Shown piece by piece: positions 29,055 to 40,149 of a stretch of DNA of 64,000 bases. A program made the position numbers and the translations under genes. The number at the start of each line of letters is the position of its first letter. The first letter of the stretch is position 1. Under the pieces are notes generated by a model. It saw only the letters and a program-made list of their open reading frames with translations, ran no database searches and was not told the origin of the DNA. This DNA is from Thermoanaerobaculia bacterium (GTDB taxonomy: Bacteria > Acidobacteriota > Thermoanaerobaculia > UBA5066): contig CAWFJJ010000025.1 of assembly GCA_963816185.1 (NCBI GenBank), positions 448,001 through 512,000 of the forward strand, read 5' to 3'.

Positions 29055-32000
29055 TCAGTTCGGGAGGATGGGCGGCATCGGCTCGTCGAGCCGGACCTCG
29101 AACGCGCCCTCGAGAAGCTCCCGCGGGTTCTTCCCGTCCGGGATCTGAACGCGAATGGTCCAGACCTTCGGATCCGAGAGCTCGGTTCGCCGCTCGCTCG
29201 CGAGCCGGATGAAATAGAAGAGCTTCAGGGGCCCGCCCGTCACTTCGTAGGTGCTCGTCCATCCCCCTTCCCCGGACTGCTCGTTCCGGCCGCTGATCGT
29301 GAGGAGGGCGTCGGCCGAGCTGAGGCGCCAGACGAACGGAGGCGGAATCCGCTGGGACTTGATGTCCGTCGAGGGGCGCAGGATCACGCCCCGGTCGAAA
29401 AGCGTGATCTGCGAGACGCGGTCCTTCAGCGGGCGTCGTCCCGGGCCGGGCTCGCGGTCGAGGGCGAGGACGCTGACCTCGCGCCCGCCCGGGCCCCCCG
29501 GCTTGCCGCCAAGCGAGGCGGCCGCCGCGGAGCTGGCTCCGCTGATGAAGCGCTGCCAGAGGCGGGCGACGGCGAGGGAGCCCCGGTTCTGCAGGATGAA
29601 GTCGAAGGACGGCTCCGTGCCGCCGAGGAGCGGGTCGACCGCAAATTCGTCGGAGAGGACGCCGACTTCCGTCAGGACCCCGAGGACGTCGGCCTGCCCG
29701 ATCGTGGGGAGGTTCCGGCGGAGCGAGAGCGCGCCCGAGACGCGCTCGGCGGCGTACTCGGCTCGCTCCTGCTTCAGGCGGCTCTCCGGGATGAACGGAA
29801 ACTGTCCGGAGCAGCAGGACGCGAGCCGCTGGTAGAGGGCGTCCCACTTGGGGTTGAACTGCGGCTCGATCGCGGTCTTGATCAGGCTGGCGCCGCGGTC
29901 CTCGAGATTCTTCAGCGATCGCCCGTAGGGCCCGCCCTTGATCCTCAGGTCGCCCGTGAACGCGTGCCACCCTCTCAGCGTGGCCCCTTCGCCTCCCGTC
30001 GCGAGCTGCTTCCACGACTTCAGCTCGTCCTTGTCACCGAGCGCGCCGACGGTCTTCTTGAAAGTCTCGGCGGCGGCGAGGAGGTAGTCCGGGATCACGG
30101 CCGGCTTGGCCGAAACGCGGGCGCGCGAAACGGCTCCTGTAGTACTCGATGACGGGGTTGAGGTTCGCGTTCGTCTGGACGAACCCCTGCAGGTCGGCGA
30201 GCGTGAGCTGCCCGGCCTGGTCGGCGCGCGCCGCCTCCGCCGCCTCCGGCCGGAGTCCAGGTCCCGACGGCGATCTGGAACGTACGCCAGGCGCGGGCCG
30301 TCAGCGCGGATCCCGGGATCGTGAACCCGCCGCCTCCCGACCTCACGGGCGAGCCCGTGGCGTCGAGGAAGCGCTTCAGGTAGTCGATCTCGCCCTGCGA
30401 GAGCGCCTTGACGTCGTTCTTCGCGTCGTCGCGGGAGAGCGCGTTCGTCTGCCGCTCGGCGAGCGAGACGACGCCGTTGCCGTAAGGAATCATCATCTGC
30501 GTGAACGGCTTCTGGAAGCAGATGGCGGGGTTGCAGCCGGGGCCGATGGAGGCGGTCAGGAACTCCTGGACCGGGGGAAGCACGCGCGCGAGGAGCGCGA
30601 GCTCGGCGGTGCGCCGCGCGAAGGGGCCGACGTCGCTCGCGCGGAAGCGCGCGTCCGGAATCGTCTTCTCGAAATCCGCGGCCTTCGCGACGGACGCGTT
30701 CTTCAGGTCCTCCTGCCGTTTCTGCCACTCTTCGAGCTTCTGCTTCTTGCCGTCCAGCGAGGAGATCGTGTTCACCTGGGTCAGGATTTTTCCGTCGTCG
30801 GTCGCCCGGAAGGCGTCGAGGTCCGAGTACGCGCCGACGTCGGAGAGGAGAGAGCTGACGAGAACGGTCGGGTTCGCGAGCTTCGTCTTTCCGGGAGTGG
30901 ACGTCTCGTCGAGGAGAAACGCGAAGCCGCTCTTCTGCGCGCCCAGGTTCGCGTAGTCGACCTGGAGGCGGCCGATCAGCTCCTGGAGGCGCGACGTGTT
31001 GACGCGCGTCTGAGCCGCCGGGTGGAAGGTCGGGGCGATCGTCGCGCCGGGAAGAGAAGGCGGGGGAAGAGCCGGGAGGGGCGGCGGCGAGGCGGTGCCG
31101 GCGGCCGTCGCGGGAGCGGTCGAGGGGGCGGCGGGAGCGGCCGGTGCCGCGGCTGCGGCGCAGTGGGCGGCCCGAGCGTGAGGAGCTGCGCGTAGGACTC
31201 GGTCAGGTAGCGCTGCCATTGCTCGACGTTCGCGCCCGGGAAGCCCTTCTCGCCGGGACGGGGCGTCTCGAGGTGCTTCGTCAGCGCGTCGAAGTTCGCC
31301 TTGAACTGCTTCGCCGTGTCGGCGGTGCGCTTCAGGTAGCTCGCCTCCTGGGGGTCGACGATTCCCGTGAGCGCCGTATAGAGCCGGACCCATTCTTCCA
31401 GCCCCTTCATGAGCTTCCAGTCCCAGCGCGCGAGGTTCGCGACGGTCCAGTACCGCTCGAACGTGTCGATGGGACGGCTCGGATCGGGGACGCCGACCTT
31501 CAGGTCTCCCGCGTTCCGCCCGCGGGCGAGCTGCGTGACGAAAGCATCCGGCCGGGGGTCCGCCGGCGTGATCTGAGCGGCCCACTCGTCGATCTCGGCC
31601 GCGTACTCGCTCCCCGCGATTCCCTTCGTCTTCTGGGCGAAGTTCACGAGGCCGAGGAGGCGGAGGTCCTCCGCGCGGAAGGCGTCCGTGCCGTCCGCCT
31701 TCTTGAGGGACTGATCGAAGCCGCGCCACGCCAGGAAGCTCTGGAGAGCGCCGAAAAACGCCGAGTAGTCGGAGAAGGTCTCCCAGTTCAGCGCGGCCAT
31801 CCGCGCCTCGGACTCCTTCAGGAGCGGCCGGACGACTCCGTCGAAGAAGAGCTTCTGCTGGACGGTCGCGAGGAGGCTGTGGATCTCGTTCGACTTCGCG
31901 CCCCTCAGGAACAGGCCGAGAAGGAAGGGGTGCTGGCCGAGGCTGACGCGGTCTTCGTAGAGCAGCCGGGTCAGCTCGTACTTCTGGGCGATCGTGCAGG

Positions 32001-33447
32001 GCTGCTTCATGCAGGCCTGGGCCTGCGCGGCGTGCGTGCGGATCGGGTTCAGGATGCGCCGGAGCGAGAGGAACGCCGGGATCATCGTGATGATGATCAG
32101 CGGCAGGATCGCCCACGTCAGGATCCGGAAGACGAGCGTGGTCTTCTTCTCGCGCTCGGCGGCGGCGCGGGTTCTCGCGACGAGCCCCTGCTCGGGGAAG
32201 ACCTTCTTCTCGTAGAAGTCCTTGATGAAGAAGGCGCGCGATTTCTTGAAGATGTTCTCGAGGCTCTCGATGATGTCGCCCTGGGAGCCCGACGGGCCCT
32301 TCAGGAGGTCGCGCGTGGCCTGCGCGATCGGCTTGCCCTGCTGCACGCCGCTCGAGATGTAGAACCCGCGGAAGACGAACGGCTCGTCGTAGCGGCTTTG
32401 CGTCAGGATGCCGTCGAGGTAGCGCCGGACCGGCTCCTTCAGGGCGCTCAGCTCCTCGGGGAAGACGATGAACCGGTCGGCGTTCGCGACATTTTCCTCG
32501 CTCGCGAGGAACTTGAGCCGGAGCTTGTGGACGCGCGTGATGATCTGGTCCCAGGCCGCGTCCACGACGGCGGGGTCGTACGGCTTCTCGGGGCCGGCCG
32601 GATTCGACCAGCCGAAGAGCTGGCGCTGCTCGACCGGGTCGAGCTTCGTGAAGAACTCCGAGAAGCCGAGCGCGCGGTCGGCCTTCGTGATCAGGAAGAA
32701 GATCGGGAACCGGATGTCGAGGAGGCGCTGGATGTGGATCAGCTTCGCCCGGATGTTCTGCGCCTTCTTGTCCTGCTCTTCCGGCGTGTCCTCGAGGAGC
32801 GACGTGGCCGGAATGACGACGAGGACGCCGTTGATGGGGCAGTAGGGCCGGTGCTTTCTCAGGAGCTTGAGGAAGCTCGACCACTCCGACGCGTCGGGGG
32901 CCGCTTCCTCCTGGAACGTGAAACGCCCGGCCGTGTCGAGGATGACGGCCTCGTTCGCGAACCACCAGTCGCAATTTCGCGTTCCCCCGGCGCCCGAGAG
33001 CGCGTCTCCCCCCACGGGGAACTCGAGGCCGGAGTTCTTGAGCGTCGTGCTCTTTCCCGACTGCGGCTCGCCGATGAGGAGGTACCAGGGCAGCGAGTAG
33101 ATGTCGAGCCCCGCCCCCTTCAGGTTCTGCACCGCCTCCAGCCACTTGACGGAGAGATCCTTCAGCGCCTCGCGCACCTCTTCCTTCGACGCGCCGGCGG
33201 ACTGCGAGTCCTTTCTCAGCTCGCCCTCGAAGGCTTTGCCCTTCTGCTTCTCGCGGCCCTTGCGCAGCTGCTCGAAGATGACGACGGCCACCACGATGAG
33301 GAGCAGTCCGAGCAGGAAGAGCCACCAGTATTTCTGGAGCCCGAGAAGGTTGATGAGGAAGTAGCCCAGGGGAATGAACAGGACGGCGGCGGCGAGGTAC
33401 TTGATCGGCTTCGGAAGCCCCGAGAGCAGCGAAAGGAACTCTTGCAT
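29055..33447 (-). CDS. tssM: Large TssM/IcmF membrane-complex protein; about 3 frameshifts (near 31165, 30230, 30140)
   Basis: Two N-terminal TM helices; LPWYLLIGEPQSGKST, CDWWFANEAVILDTAGR, PINGVLV, TKAD..GFSEFF, RGFYISSGVQQG, FFIKD; third TM; divergent periplasmic part with GQFPF. Confidence 0.88.
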
Positions 33448-33452
33448 GGCGC

Positions 33453-34155
33453 CTACATGAGCCCCATCGCCAGGAGCCCCATCCCCTGCACCACGGTCCG
33501 GAGGTCGTCGACCGAGCGGGCCCACATGAGCCACGTGATCGCGTAGTAGAGGAAGAGGATCCCGACCCCGACGATCGCCACGCGGGCGAGAGTGATCGCG
33601 GGGGACAGCTTGCGCGCCGGCGCCGCCGTCACGTGATACGCGTCGGGCGTGATCTTCTCGCCCACGTCCGCGAGGTACTCCGCCAGGATTCGGTAGACGC
33701 GGTTCTTGACCTCGACGGCCTTCTCGGGGCGCTCACGGTACTTGCCGCGGAACCCGAGCGCCAGCCCGGTGAACACGATCGCCGCGAGCTCCGTGTCTTC
33801 GGGACGGAGGTCCTTGGCGATCGAGAAGAACTGGTCGCCCCCGATGTTCGTCTTGAAGTACTTCTCCTCGAAGAGGTGCTGCTCCCACTCGGCGGCTGTG
33901 GTCCCAGCCGGAATGGAGGAGGATCTCGTCCGCGAGGACGACGAGCGGATACCGCGCCTTCTCGTAGAGCGCGTCGAGCCGCGGGTCTCCCCGGGCGGCG
34001 CGCGCCTGCTCGCTGAAGATCTCCTCGAGATCGGCGGCGACGGCGTCGGGCTCGAGCCGGACGCCGCGGCGGACCTTCTGCCGGAACGCGGCGAGGAAGA
34101 GAAAGAGGCGGGAGCAGAGCCGGAACAGGTCGGTCGTGCTGTTGCTGCTATCCAC
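33453..34155 (-). CDS. tssL: TssL/DotU; frameshift near 33895
   Basis: ARYPLVVLADEILLHSGW / WEQHLFEEKYF..GGDQFF..LALGFRGKY; C-terminal TM helix; no OmpA domain. Confidence 0.9.
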
Positions 34156-35519
34156 GGGTCGCGCCCACCGGCTTGGAGACGACGTACAGGAAGAACTTGA
34201 GCTTCGGGTCGAGCATCCCCGACACCGCCATCACGTGATCCTTCGCGACGTTGGCCCAGTAGATTCCCTCTTTCTCGATGGTGAAGTAAAAGTGGTCGTC
34301 CCCGGCCGGAAGCCCCGACGGGATCCGCTTGAGCATCTCGAGATCGAGGCCGAAGAGGCGCCGCTGCCGAAGGAGCGGAATGTCGTGGACGGCGCCGACC
34401 TTCATCGTGTTGAGCCGTTCCTTCAGATCGCGCTCGGGCAGATCCGTCTCCACGGAGAGGTAGAACTCGGCTTCGCTCGTGAACCATTCGGGCTGCATGT
34501 CCGCGACGAGAAGATCGTCCCTGAGGACGAACTCGACCCGGAGGAAGCGCGAAGCGACGACCTTCTCCGTGAGCAGCTCGATGTTGTGGCAGAGGTCGAA
34601 GAAGCAGGGGCCGAGGCGGTCGTGGTCGTAGAGCGGCACCTTCAGGGGCCGGCGCCCCTCGTCGAAGATGGCGAGATCTCCGAGAAGGCGGGCGAACTCG
34701 CAGTAGACGGGGAAGGGATGGACGCGCGGGATCCGCGTGAGCTGCTGGAGAATGTAGACGAAGCTGCCGAGGATCTTCAGCTTCATCAGGGTCTGCCAGC
34801 CCGACGTCCCTTCCGACTCGATGGCCAGGCGACCCGAGGCCACCTCGGTCAGGACGAGCCGATGCTTGGCCTCGAGCCGGTTCGTGACCGACTCGCAGAG
34901 GGTCTGAAGCGCCGCGGACGCCCCGATCTCCGTCACCGGCGGGATGAAGTCCTTCGAAAGGACGGGGAAGTTCTTTCCCTGGCCCGAGCGCTCGACGATG
35001 GCGAGAGGCACGCACTCGTAGCCGTCCCGGTTCTCGGTCCCGAAGAAGAGGCGCCCGTTCACGAGGCGCGTCTCGACGGGCTGGCGGTTCGCTCCGGTGT
35101 TCTCGTCCGGCACCTCGAGGACCTCGGCGGTCAGGCGCCGGTCCTGCCCTCGCCGGTCCTCGCCGGGGAAGAAGGTATTCGGCGCGTCCTCGCGGAAGAC
35201 CGGAACGCCCAGGAAGACGTCCATCCGCCCACCCGCCTGCTCGAGCTCGGCCTTGAACGGGCGCGGAAAGATGCGGAGGTTCGAGCCGGCCGAGAGGATG
35301 GACCCGTCCTTGAGCTTCGCCTCGATGTCGCGCAGCTCGAAGACGAAGTTCTCCAGCTGATCGGCGGCGACCTCCATCCGGGTGAGGCCCCAGAAGAAGG
35401 GCTGGATGCGCCGCACCTCGTCGTGGAGCGCTCTCCTCCCGGAATCGCTCCGCCGCCTGCAGGTGATGCGGCCGAAGGAACATCCCCTCGGCCCAGAGGA
35501 CAGGCCGGCTCTTTTTCAC
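34148..35519 (-). CDS. tssK: T6SS baseplate TssK; frameshift near 35430
   Basis: VLWAEGMFLRPHHLQ / PFFWG.., FIPP, HPFPVY..LLGDL, YDHDRLGPCF; GTGA overlap with the upstream gene. Confidence 0.92.
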
Positions 35520-35989
35520 GGCTGGACGATCGTGAAGTCCCGGTCGCGGACCTGGACCCGAATCGTCCGGCCCTTCCACTGATTCCTGTTCAGGACGACC
35601 AGGTAGCGCCCCGGGTCGGCCGTCTGGAAGCGGTAGTCCGCGACGATCACGAGAAACTTGTCGTCCTTGGTCGCCGGGACGGTCAGCTCCTTCTCGCAGC
35701 GCCCCTCGGACTGCGAGAAGGTGGCGGTCCGCGTCCTGTCCCTGAGGGAATCCCGGAGCGGGTCGTAGAACCACTTTTCGCCGAGGGCGCGGATCCTCTC
35801 GACCTCGCTCTCCGTGGCCCTGACGGCGTCGACCGTGAGGAGCGTCCCGCCGTTGATCTCGGGCGTACAGGTGAAGGCGATTTTCGCCGCGGCGGAGCCG
35901 CACCCACCGGCGAACGCGGCACCGGCGATCGCGAGGGCGAGGGCGGCGAAACGAGGGAACCGGTCTGGCTTCCTGTCGGAGGTCGGCAT
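35516..35989 (-). CDS. tssJ: TssJ-like outer-membrane lipoprotein
   Basis: Signal peptide with lipobox FAGG-C; IN..LTVDAV; FLVIVADY; located directly upstream of tssK. Confidence 0.7.
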   Translation of the reverse strand: MPTSDRKPDRFPRFAALALAIAGAAFAGGCGSAAAKIAFTCTPEINGGTLLTVDAVRATESEVERIRALGEKWFYDPLRDSLRDRTRTATFSQSEGRCEKELTVPATKDDKFLVIVADYRFQTADPGRYLVVLNRNQWKGRTIRVQVRDRDFTIVQP

Positions 35990-35994
35990 CGCGT

Positions 35995-37941
35995 CTATTT
36001 CCTCTTGTTGAGCTTGTCGAATTCCGCCTGCGAGAAGCGCGCCGCGGCCTGGAGAACCTGATCCTGGACGAGATCGGGGTTGAGGTCCTTCACGAGGTCG
36101 CGATACTGGTTCCACCATTCCGCCGTCTCCCCGCGGAGCTTCCACCCCGCTCCCGGTTTCCCCGCTTCGATGACTGCCGGGCTGATTCTCTTCCAGAGCT
36201 TGGTGAACCACAACTTCGGCGCCTCGTGATGCCCCGCCGAGATGGCGATCTGCCAGCGCCGGAGCTCGGCGAGGTAGTCCCGCACGTCGTCCGGGTTGAC
36301 CTCTTTCCCCTCGGCGGCCGCGGCGAGGAACCCGCTCAGGCGGTCGCGGAAGTTCGGCAGGCGGAAGCTCGCGGTCTCGGCGCCCGGCATCGTCATCGCC
36401 TCGACGAGGCCGAGGACGAACGTCTCGACGTCCTGGGCGAAGCGGAGGACGTCGCGGACGACGGCGAGACGGGGCTCGAGCGTCGAGTCGTTGTCGTCCT
36501 CCTTCGTCAGCAAGGTCCGCCATGGCAGAGCCGCGGCGACGGCCGTCTTGGACGCGGCCGCGGCCGGACGGGAGGCTGCCTCGGCGAGACGCCGCTCCAG
36601 CTCGGCGACTCGGCGACGCAGCCGGAGCTCCTCGAGGTTCGGCACGTCGCCCGGCGCGACGACGGGGAACTGCAGTCTCAGCTGCTCCAGGACGCGCGGC
36701 CTCCTGTCGGGTTGGAGGGCATAAAGCTCCCGGACGACGAGAGACCTGAGAGCTTCGCGCCGGTCGGCAGGCGTCGAGAAGCGGTAGGCGGCGGACTCGT
36801 TGAGGAGCGCGTCGCCGAGCTCGCGCGCCTTCCGATCGAGAGCGATCTCTTCCTCGGTGAGAGGGCCGCCGGCGAGCGCCGCCCCGGGGCCGGCGGGGGC
36901 GAGGGCCTGCTCGCGCCGCGGCGCTTCCTCCGAAGGCCGCGCGACGGGAGCGGGGATCTTCTGGTCGACAAAGTCCTCCGCGGCTCTCATGGTCCTCGTC
37001 TTCTGCGAAGGCGGGCGGCGGATCTGGCCCGAGGGCGACGTGGCGGCGGCGACGAGCCGCGACGGCGGCGGAGGCGAGGGAGGAGGCGCCGGCTTCGGCT
37101 CCTCCCCAGCGCCGAGATCCCCGAGCCGGCGCGCGAGCCACGAGCCCACGGCGCTCTCGGTGTCCCGCCGGAGCAGCGTCAACAGCTCGTGGCGGAGCGT
37201 CGTCTCGAGCTCCACCGCGGACGAGTCGACGTGACTGCGCTGGCATTCCTCGATCAGGAAGCCGACCTTGGGCGAGAGGATCAGCTCGTCGGAGCCCGTC
37301 TTGAGGCCGATCGGCTGGAGGAAAAGGTCATTCAGCCACGTGTACGGGCCCGAGAAGAGACGGCCTTCCCACAGCTCCGTCAGCGCCTGCTCGCGCGACC
37401 AGCTCGCATCTCTCAGGATCCGCTGAATGCTCGCGCTGCGCGAGCGGAGGATCGAGTCGCAGAGGTGACGCGTGTCGGTGAACAGCTCGCCGCGCTGGAC
37501 GGCCGCTTCGCGGGCGCCGCGCATGATGCTCTGAACGGCCGGGTCCGGCCACGCCTCCCCCCTGAGGACGCGCGGGAACGGCATCTCCGGAAGGGGCGCA
37601 TCGACGAGCCGGACCCTGACCGGCGTCGACGAGACGAGGAAGACGTCGCCCGAGCGGATCTCGATCTCGCCCGTGACGTGGCCGGCCTGGACCGAGGTGC
37701 CGTTCGTCGACCCGGCGTCTTTCAGGAAGAGCCGGCCGCGCTCGTAGCGAAGCTCCGCGTGGGTCGACGAGACGCCGTGGCCGTACGAGAGGACGAACTC
37801 GTTCCTCGTGTTCGTCTTCTTGTCCACGGACACCCGGCCGATGTGGATCGTCGCTGGCGCGCTCCCGGCCGGGGTGACGTGGCGAAGCCCTTCCATCGGC
37901 CCGAGCCAGACCTCGACGGCGACGAAGACCGGCTCTCTCAC
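35995..37941 (-). CDS. FHA domain + Clp N-terminal-like domain + helical C-terminal protein (TagH/Fha-like)
   Basis: FHA: IGR..VSSTHAEL..DAGSTNGT. ClpN-like: AREAAVQRGELFTDTRHLCDSIL..LSPKVGFLIEE. GTGA overlap with the upstream kinase-like gene. Confidence 0.8.
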   Translation of the reverse strand: MREPVFVAVEVWLGPMEGLRHVTPAGSAPATIHIGRVSVDKKTNTRNEFVLSYGHGVSSTHAELRYERGRLFLKDAGSTNGTSVQAGHVTGEIEIRSGDVFLVSSTPVRVRLVDAPLPEMPFPRVLRGEAWPDPAVQSIMRGAREAAVQRGELFTDTRHLCDSILRSRSASIQRILRDASWSREQALTELWEGRLFSGPYTWLNDLFLQPIGLKTGSDELILSPKVGFLIEECQRSHVDSSAVELETTLRHELLTLLRRDTESAVGSWLARRLGDLGAGEEPKPAPPPSPPPPSRLVAAATSPSGQIRRPPSQKTRTMRAAEDFVDQKIPAPVARPSEEAPRREQALAPAGPGAALAGGPLTEEEIALDRKARELGDALLNESAAYRFSTPADRREALRSLVVRELYALQPDRRPRVLEQLRLQFPVVAPGDVPNLEELRLRRRVAELERRLAEAASRPAAAASKTAVAAALPWRTLLTKEDDNDSTLEPRLAVVRDVLRFAQDVETFVLGLVEAMTMPGAETASFRLPNFRDRLSGFLAAAAEGKEVNPDDVRDYLAELRRWQIAISAGHHEAPKLWFTKLWKRISPAVIEAGKPGAGWKLRGETAEWWNQYRDLVKDLNPDLVQDQVLQAAARFSQAEFDKLNKRK

Positions 37942-40085
37942 GCGCGCCCCTCGGAAGAACGCTCGCTCTCCTGAATCTCGGCAAGGATCTGCTGGATCTC
38001 GAGGTGGACCGACTGTCGCGCGAAGAGAAGAGACTGCAGCTCGGCCAGAAGCGAGGCGACTTCGGGGACGACCCGCTCGAGCTTCTCCTCCCGGAAAAGC
38101 GGGTCGAAGTCGGCGGCAGAGGCCGCGATCGAGAACCCCGCGATGCGCGTGACGAGACGGAGCGCGAGGAGGACCGCCCGCTCCCAGAGCGATTCCGGAA
38201 TGGCGTTCGGCCGGTCGCCTCGGCGGTCGTCGCGGCTCCAGAGGATCTGCGCCTTCGAGAAGGCTCCCGCCGCGTCCGGAACGCGTTTGAGGAGCGCCGC
38301 GAGCGTGACGTTCCGCCGCGCCTCGCCGGGCGCGAGCGACGCAACCTCCCGGGAGAGCCGGTCGGTCGCCTTGAGGACCGAGGCAACGTCCTGTCCGTCG
38401 TTTCTGAGCAGCAGGCGGAGCAGGGTGACGCCGAGAGCGTGCAAGTCGCTCGGCGTGCCGAAATCCGGAAAGACGCGATACCGGGCCCCGGGAATCTTCG
38501 TGCCGAGCGCCAGGCGGAGGCGGCGCATGCCGCTCTCCCCGAGCGCGACGAGATCGCTCGCGAACGCCGCCTCGTCCGAGCGGACTTCCCCGGGCGTCGC
38601 GCGCGCGGCGAGGCCGGTGAAACCGAAGTCGAGCGTCGGGTCGGGGATCGACAGGAAGATCGTGTCGCGCGCCTGCGGCGAGGGATAGAGACCGTATGCG
38701 TCGGAGACCCGGCCGCGGAGGCGGAAGCGTCGCGATCCCGTCCCTTCCTCCTCGAGGTCGGTGAAGACGAGCTCGCACGGCCGGTATCCGGCCAGGCGGA
38801 ACTCCTGGATCTCGGGGGGCGCATAGGGAACGGACAGGCCGTGTCCGGGCAGGACGACCGACGGCGATCCCGGGGCGGGGAGCGTCACCGCGGAAGCGGC
38901 CAGGCCGTGAATCCGCGCCTGAAACGTCCAGAAGAGCGGGAGGCCGTCGCCGGCTCCCGAAAGCTCGAAGAGGAGGTGGCGGGGGTGGAGATCGAGGTGC
39001 GGGCGTCCGGCGGCCCGGTAATAGTCGATGAGGCCTTCGAGGATCTGGCGGAACGCGGTCAGCTTCAGGAAGAAGATCTCGACGGCATCGAGGCCGGAGC
39101 TCTCCGTTTCGAAGAGGAGTCGACGAGTGGGTGCGGGCGCTCCGATGAGCCACGCCCAGCGCGCGGGGAGCGTCCCGCCCGCACCTGAGTTCCGGACCTC
39201 GAACTCCTCCCAGGGCCGGCCGCCGAGCGCATCGGCGAGCGCTTCCAGGTCGAGAGGAGCCGCCACGGTCACGAGGAAGGGCGACCCGTAAAGAGTCAGA
39301 GGCGTGAACAGATCCCCGGCATTCGCGCCGCCCGAGGCGTCCGGAGCGGGAAGGGAGCGCGCTGCCTTCGCGGTCTCCTCGCCGACGAGAGCTGCCGCCT
39401 CCTCCTCCGTGAAGACTTCGCGAAGAGAGCGGAGAAAATCGTCGAGAAGTTCCGAGGCGGAGCGGACGGTCGCGCCCGGCGTGCGGATCTGCGACGTCGT
39501 GTAAACGGTCGGCGCTCCAGGTCCCTCTGCGCAGCTTTCACACCAGACGAGGCGCTCCCGCGACGAGGCGTAGGGCGGGAGGCCGGTGCGCGCGAGCCAC
39601 GCCTCGTCTCGGCACAGCGAGAGCGGACTCTTGCAGACGGGGCAGGGCGGAACGAAGAACGAGCGCCCGACGCGCGAATAGAAGAGAGGAGGAAGGCGAT
39701 CCGCCGCCTCTCCCGCCGTGGAGTCGAGGCGGACGAACCGCGGGAAGTGCGGCGACTGCGCGTTGAGGTCGACGAGACGCGATCTCTCCCTCTCCCAGCG
39801 ATCCTCGACATCGCGGTTCGACATTTCGAGCGCGCCCGGCGTCACGCCGTCCGGCCAAGCGTCCGGCAGCAATTTCAGCGCACAAAGCTCGAGCAGCGTG
39901 TCGTCGTCCCCCTTCACCGCTGCGAGGTAGACGCGCGCGAGATCGTCGGCCTCCGAGAGGCGCACGAAAGGCGAATGCTCGCGGCCCTCGCCCGAGACAT
40001 CCAGGACGAGGTGCAGGCCGAAGGGAGCGCTCGCCCCCGCCGGCGGCAGGAGTCGCGCGGTCTCGATCCCTCCGGGCTCTCGCAC
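37938..40085 (-). CDS. Degenerate Hanks-type Ser/Thr kinase-like protein with zinc-ribbon insertion
   Basis: RVYLA, CALKLL (VAIK-like), CPVC..C..CESC insert, HLDLHPRHLL (catalytic-loop-like), YAPPE (APE-like), SDLHALGV (subdomain IX-like). Confidence 0.7.
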   Translation of the reverse strand: MREPGGIETARLLPPAGASAPFGLHLVLDVSGEGREHSPFVRLSEADDLARVYLAAVKGDDDTLLELCALKLLPDAWPDGVTPGALEMSNRDVEDRWERERSRLVDLNAQSPHFPRFVRLDSTAGEAADRLPPLFYSRVGRSFFVPPCPVCKSPLSLCRDEAWLARTGLPPYASSRERLVWCESCAEGPGAPTVYTTSQIRTPGATVRSASELLDDFLRSLREVFTEEEAAALVGEETAKAARSLPAPDASGGANAGDLFTPLTLYGSPFLVTVAAPLDLEALADALGGRPWEEFEVRNSGAGGTLPARWAWLIGAPAPTRRLLFETESSGLDAVEIFFLKLTAFRQILEGLIDYYRAAGRPHLDLHPRHLLFELSGAGDGLPLFWTFQARIHGLAASAVTLPAPGSPSVVLPGHGLSVPYAPPEIQEFRLAGYRPCELVFTDLEEEGTGSRRFRLRGRVSDAYGLYPSPQARDTIFLSIPDPTLDFGFTGLAARATPGEVRSDEAAFASDLVALGESGMRRLRLALGTKIPGARYRVFPDFGTPSDLHALGVTLLRLLLRNDGQDVASVLKATDRLSREVASLAPGEARRNVTLAALLKRVPDAAGAFSKAQILWSRDDRRGDRPNAIPESLWERAVLLALRLVTRIAGFSIAASAADFDPLFREEKLERVVPEVASLLAELQSLLFARQSVHLEIQQILAEIQESERSSEGRA

Positions 40086-40093
40086 TGATCGAG

Positions 40094-40122
40094 ATGATCG
40101 GTTTCTCCGGTAACGCCGTCAA
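40094..40122 (-). promoter_or_regulatory. Possible sigma70 promoter for the kinase-like/FHA/tssJKLM/tagF operon (near-leaderless)
   Basis: Minus strand TTGACG-17 bp-GATCAT ending about 9 nt before the GTG at 40085. Confidence 0.4.
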
Positions 40123-40149
40123 GAAGAGGGGGCGGCGATCCGTGCGGGG

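Noticed and set aside
16604-33546. Long antisense ORFs (16604..18322, 21880..23898, 31144..33546 and similar)
   Set aside because: Expected antisense shadows of high-GC genes with strong codon bias; no recognisable motifs.
19815-35519. Calling tssF, tssK, tssL and tssM pseudogenes or programmed frameshifts
   Set aside because: Similar indels also hit unrelated genes (histidine kinase, ScfR-type regulator) and no consistent slippery motif was seen; assembly error is more parsimonious, though unproven.
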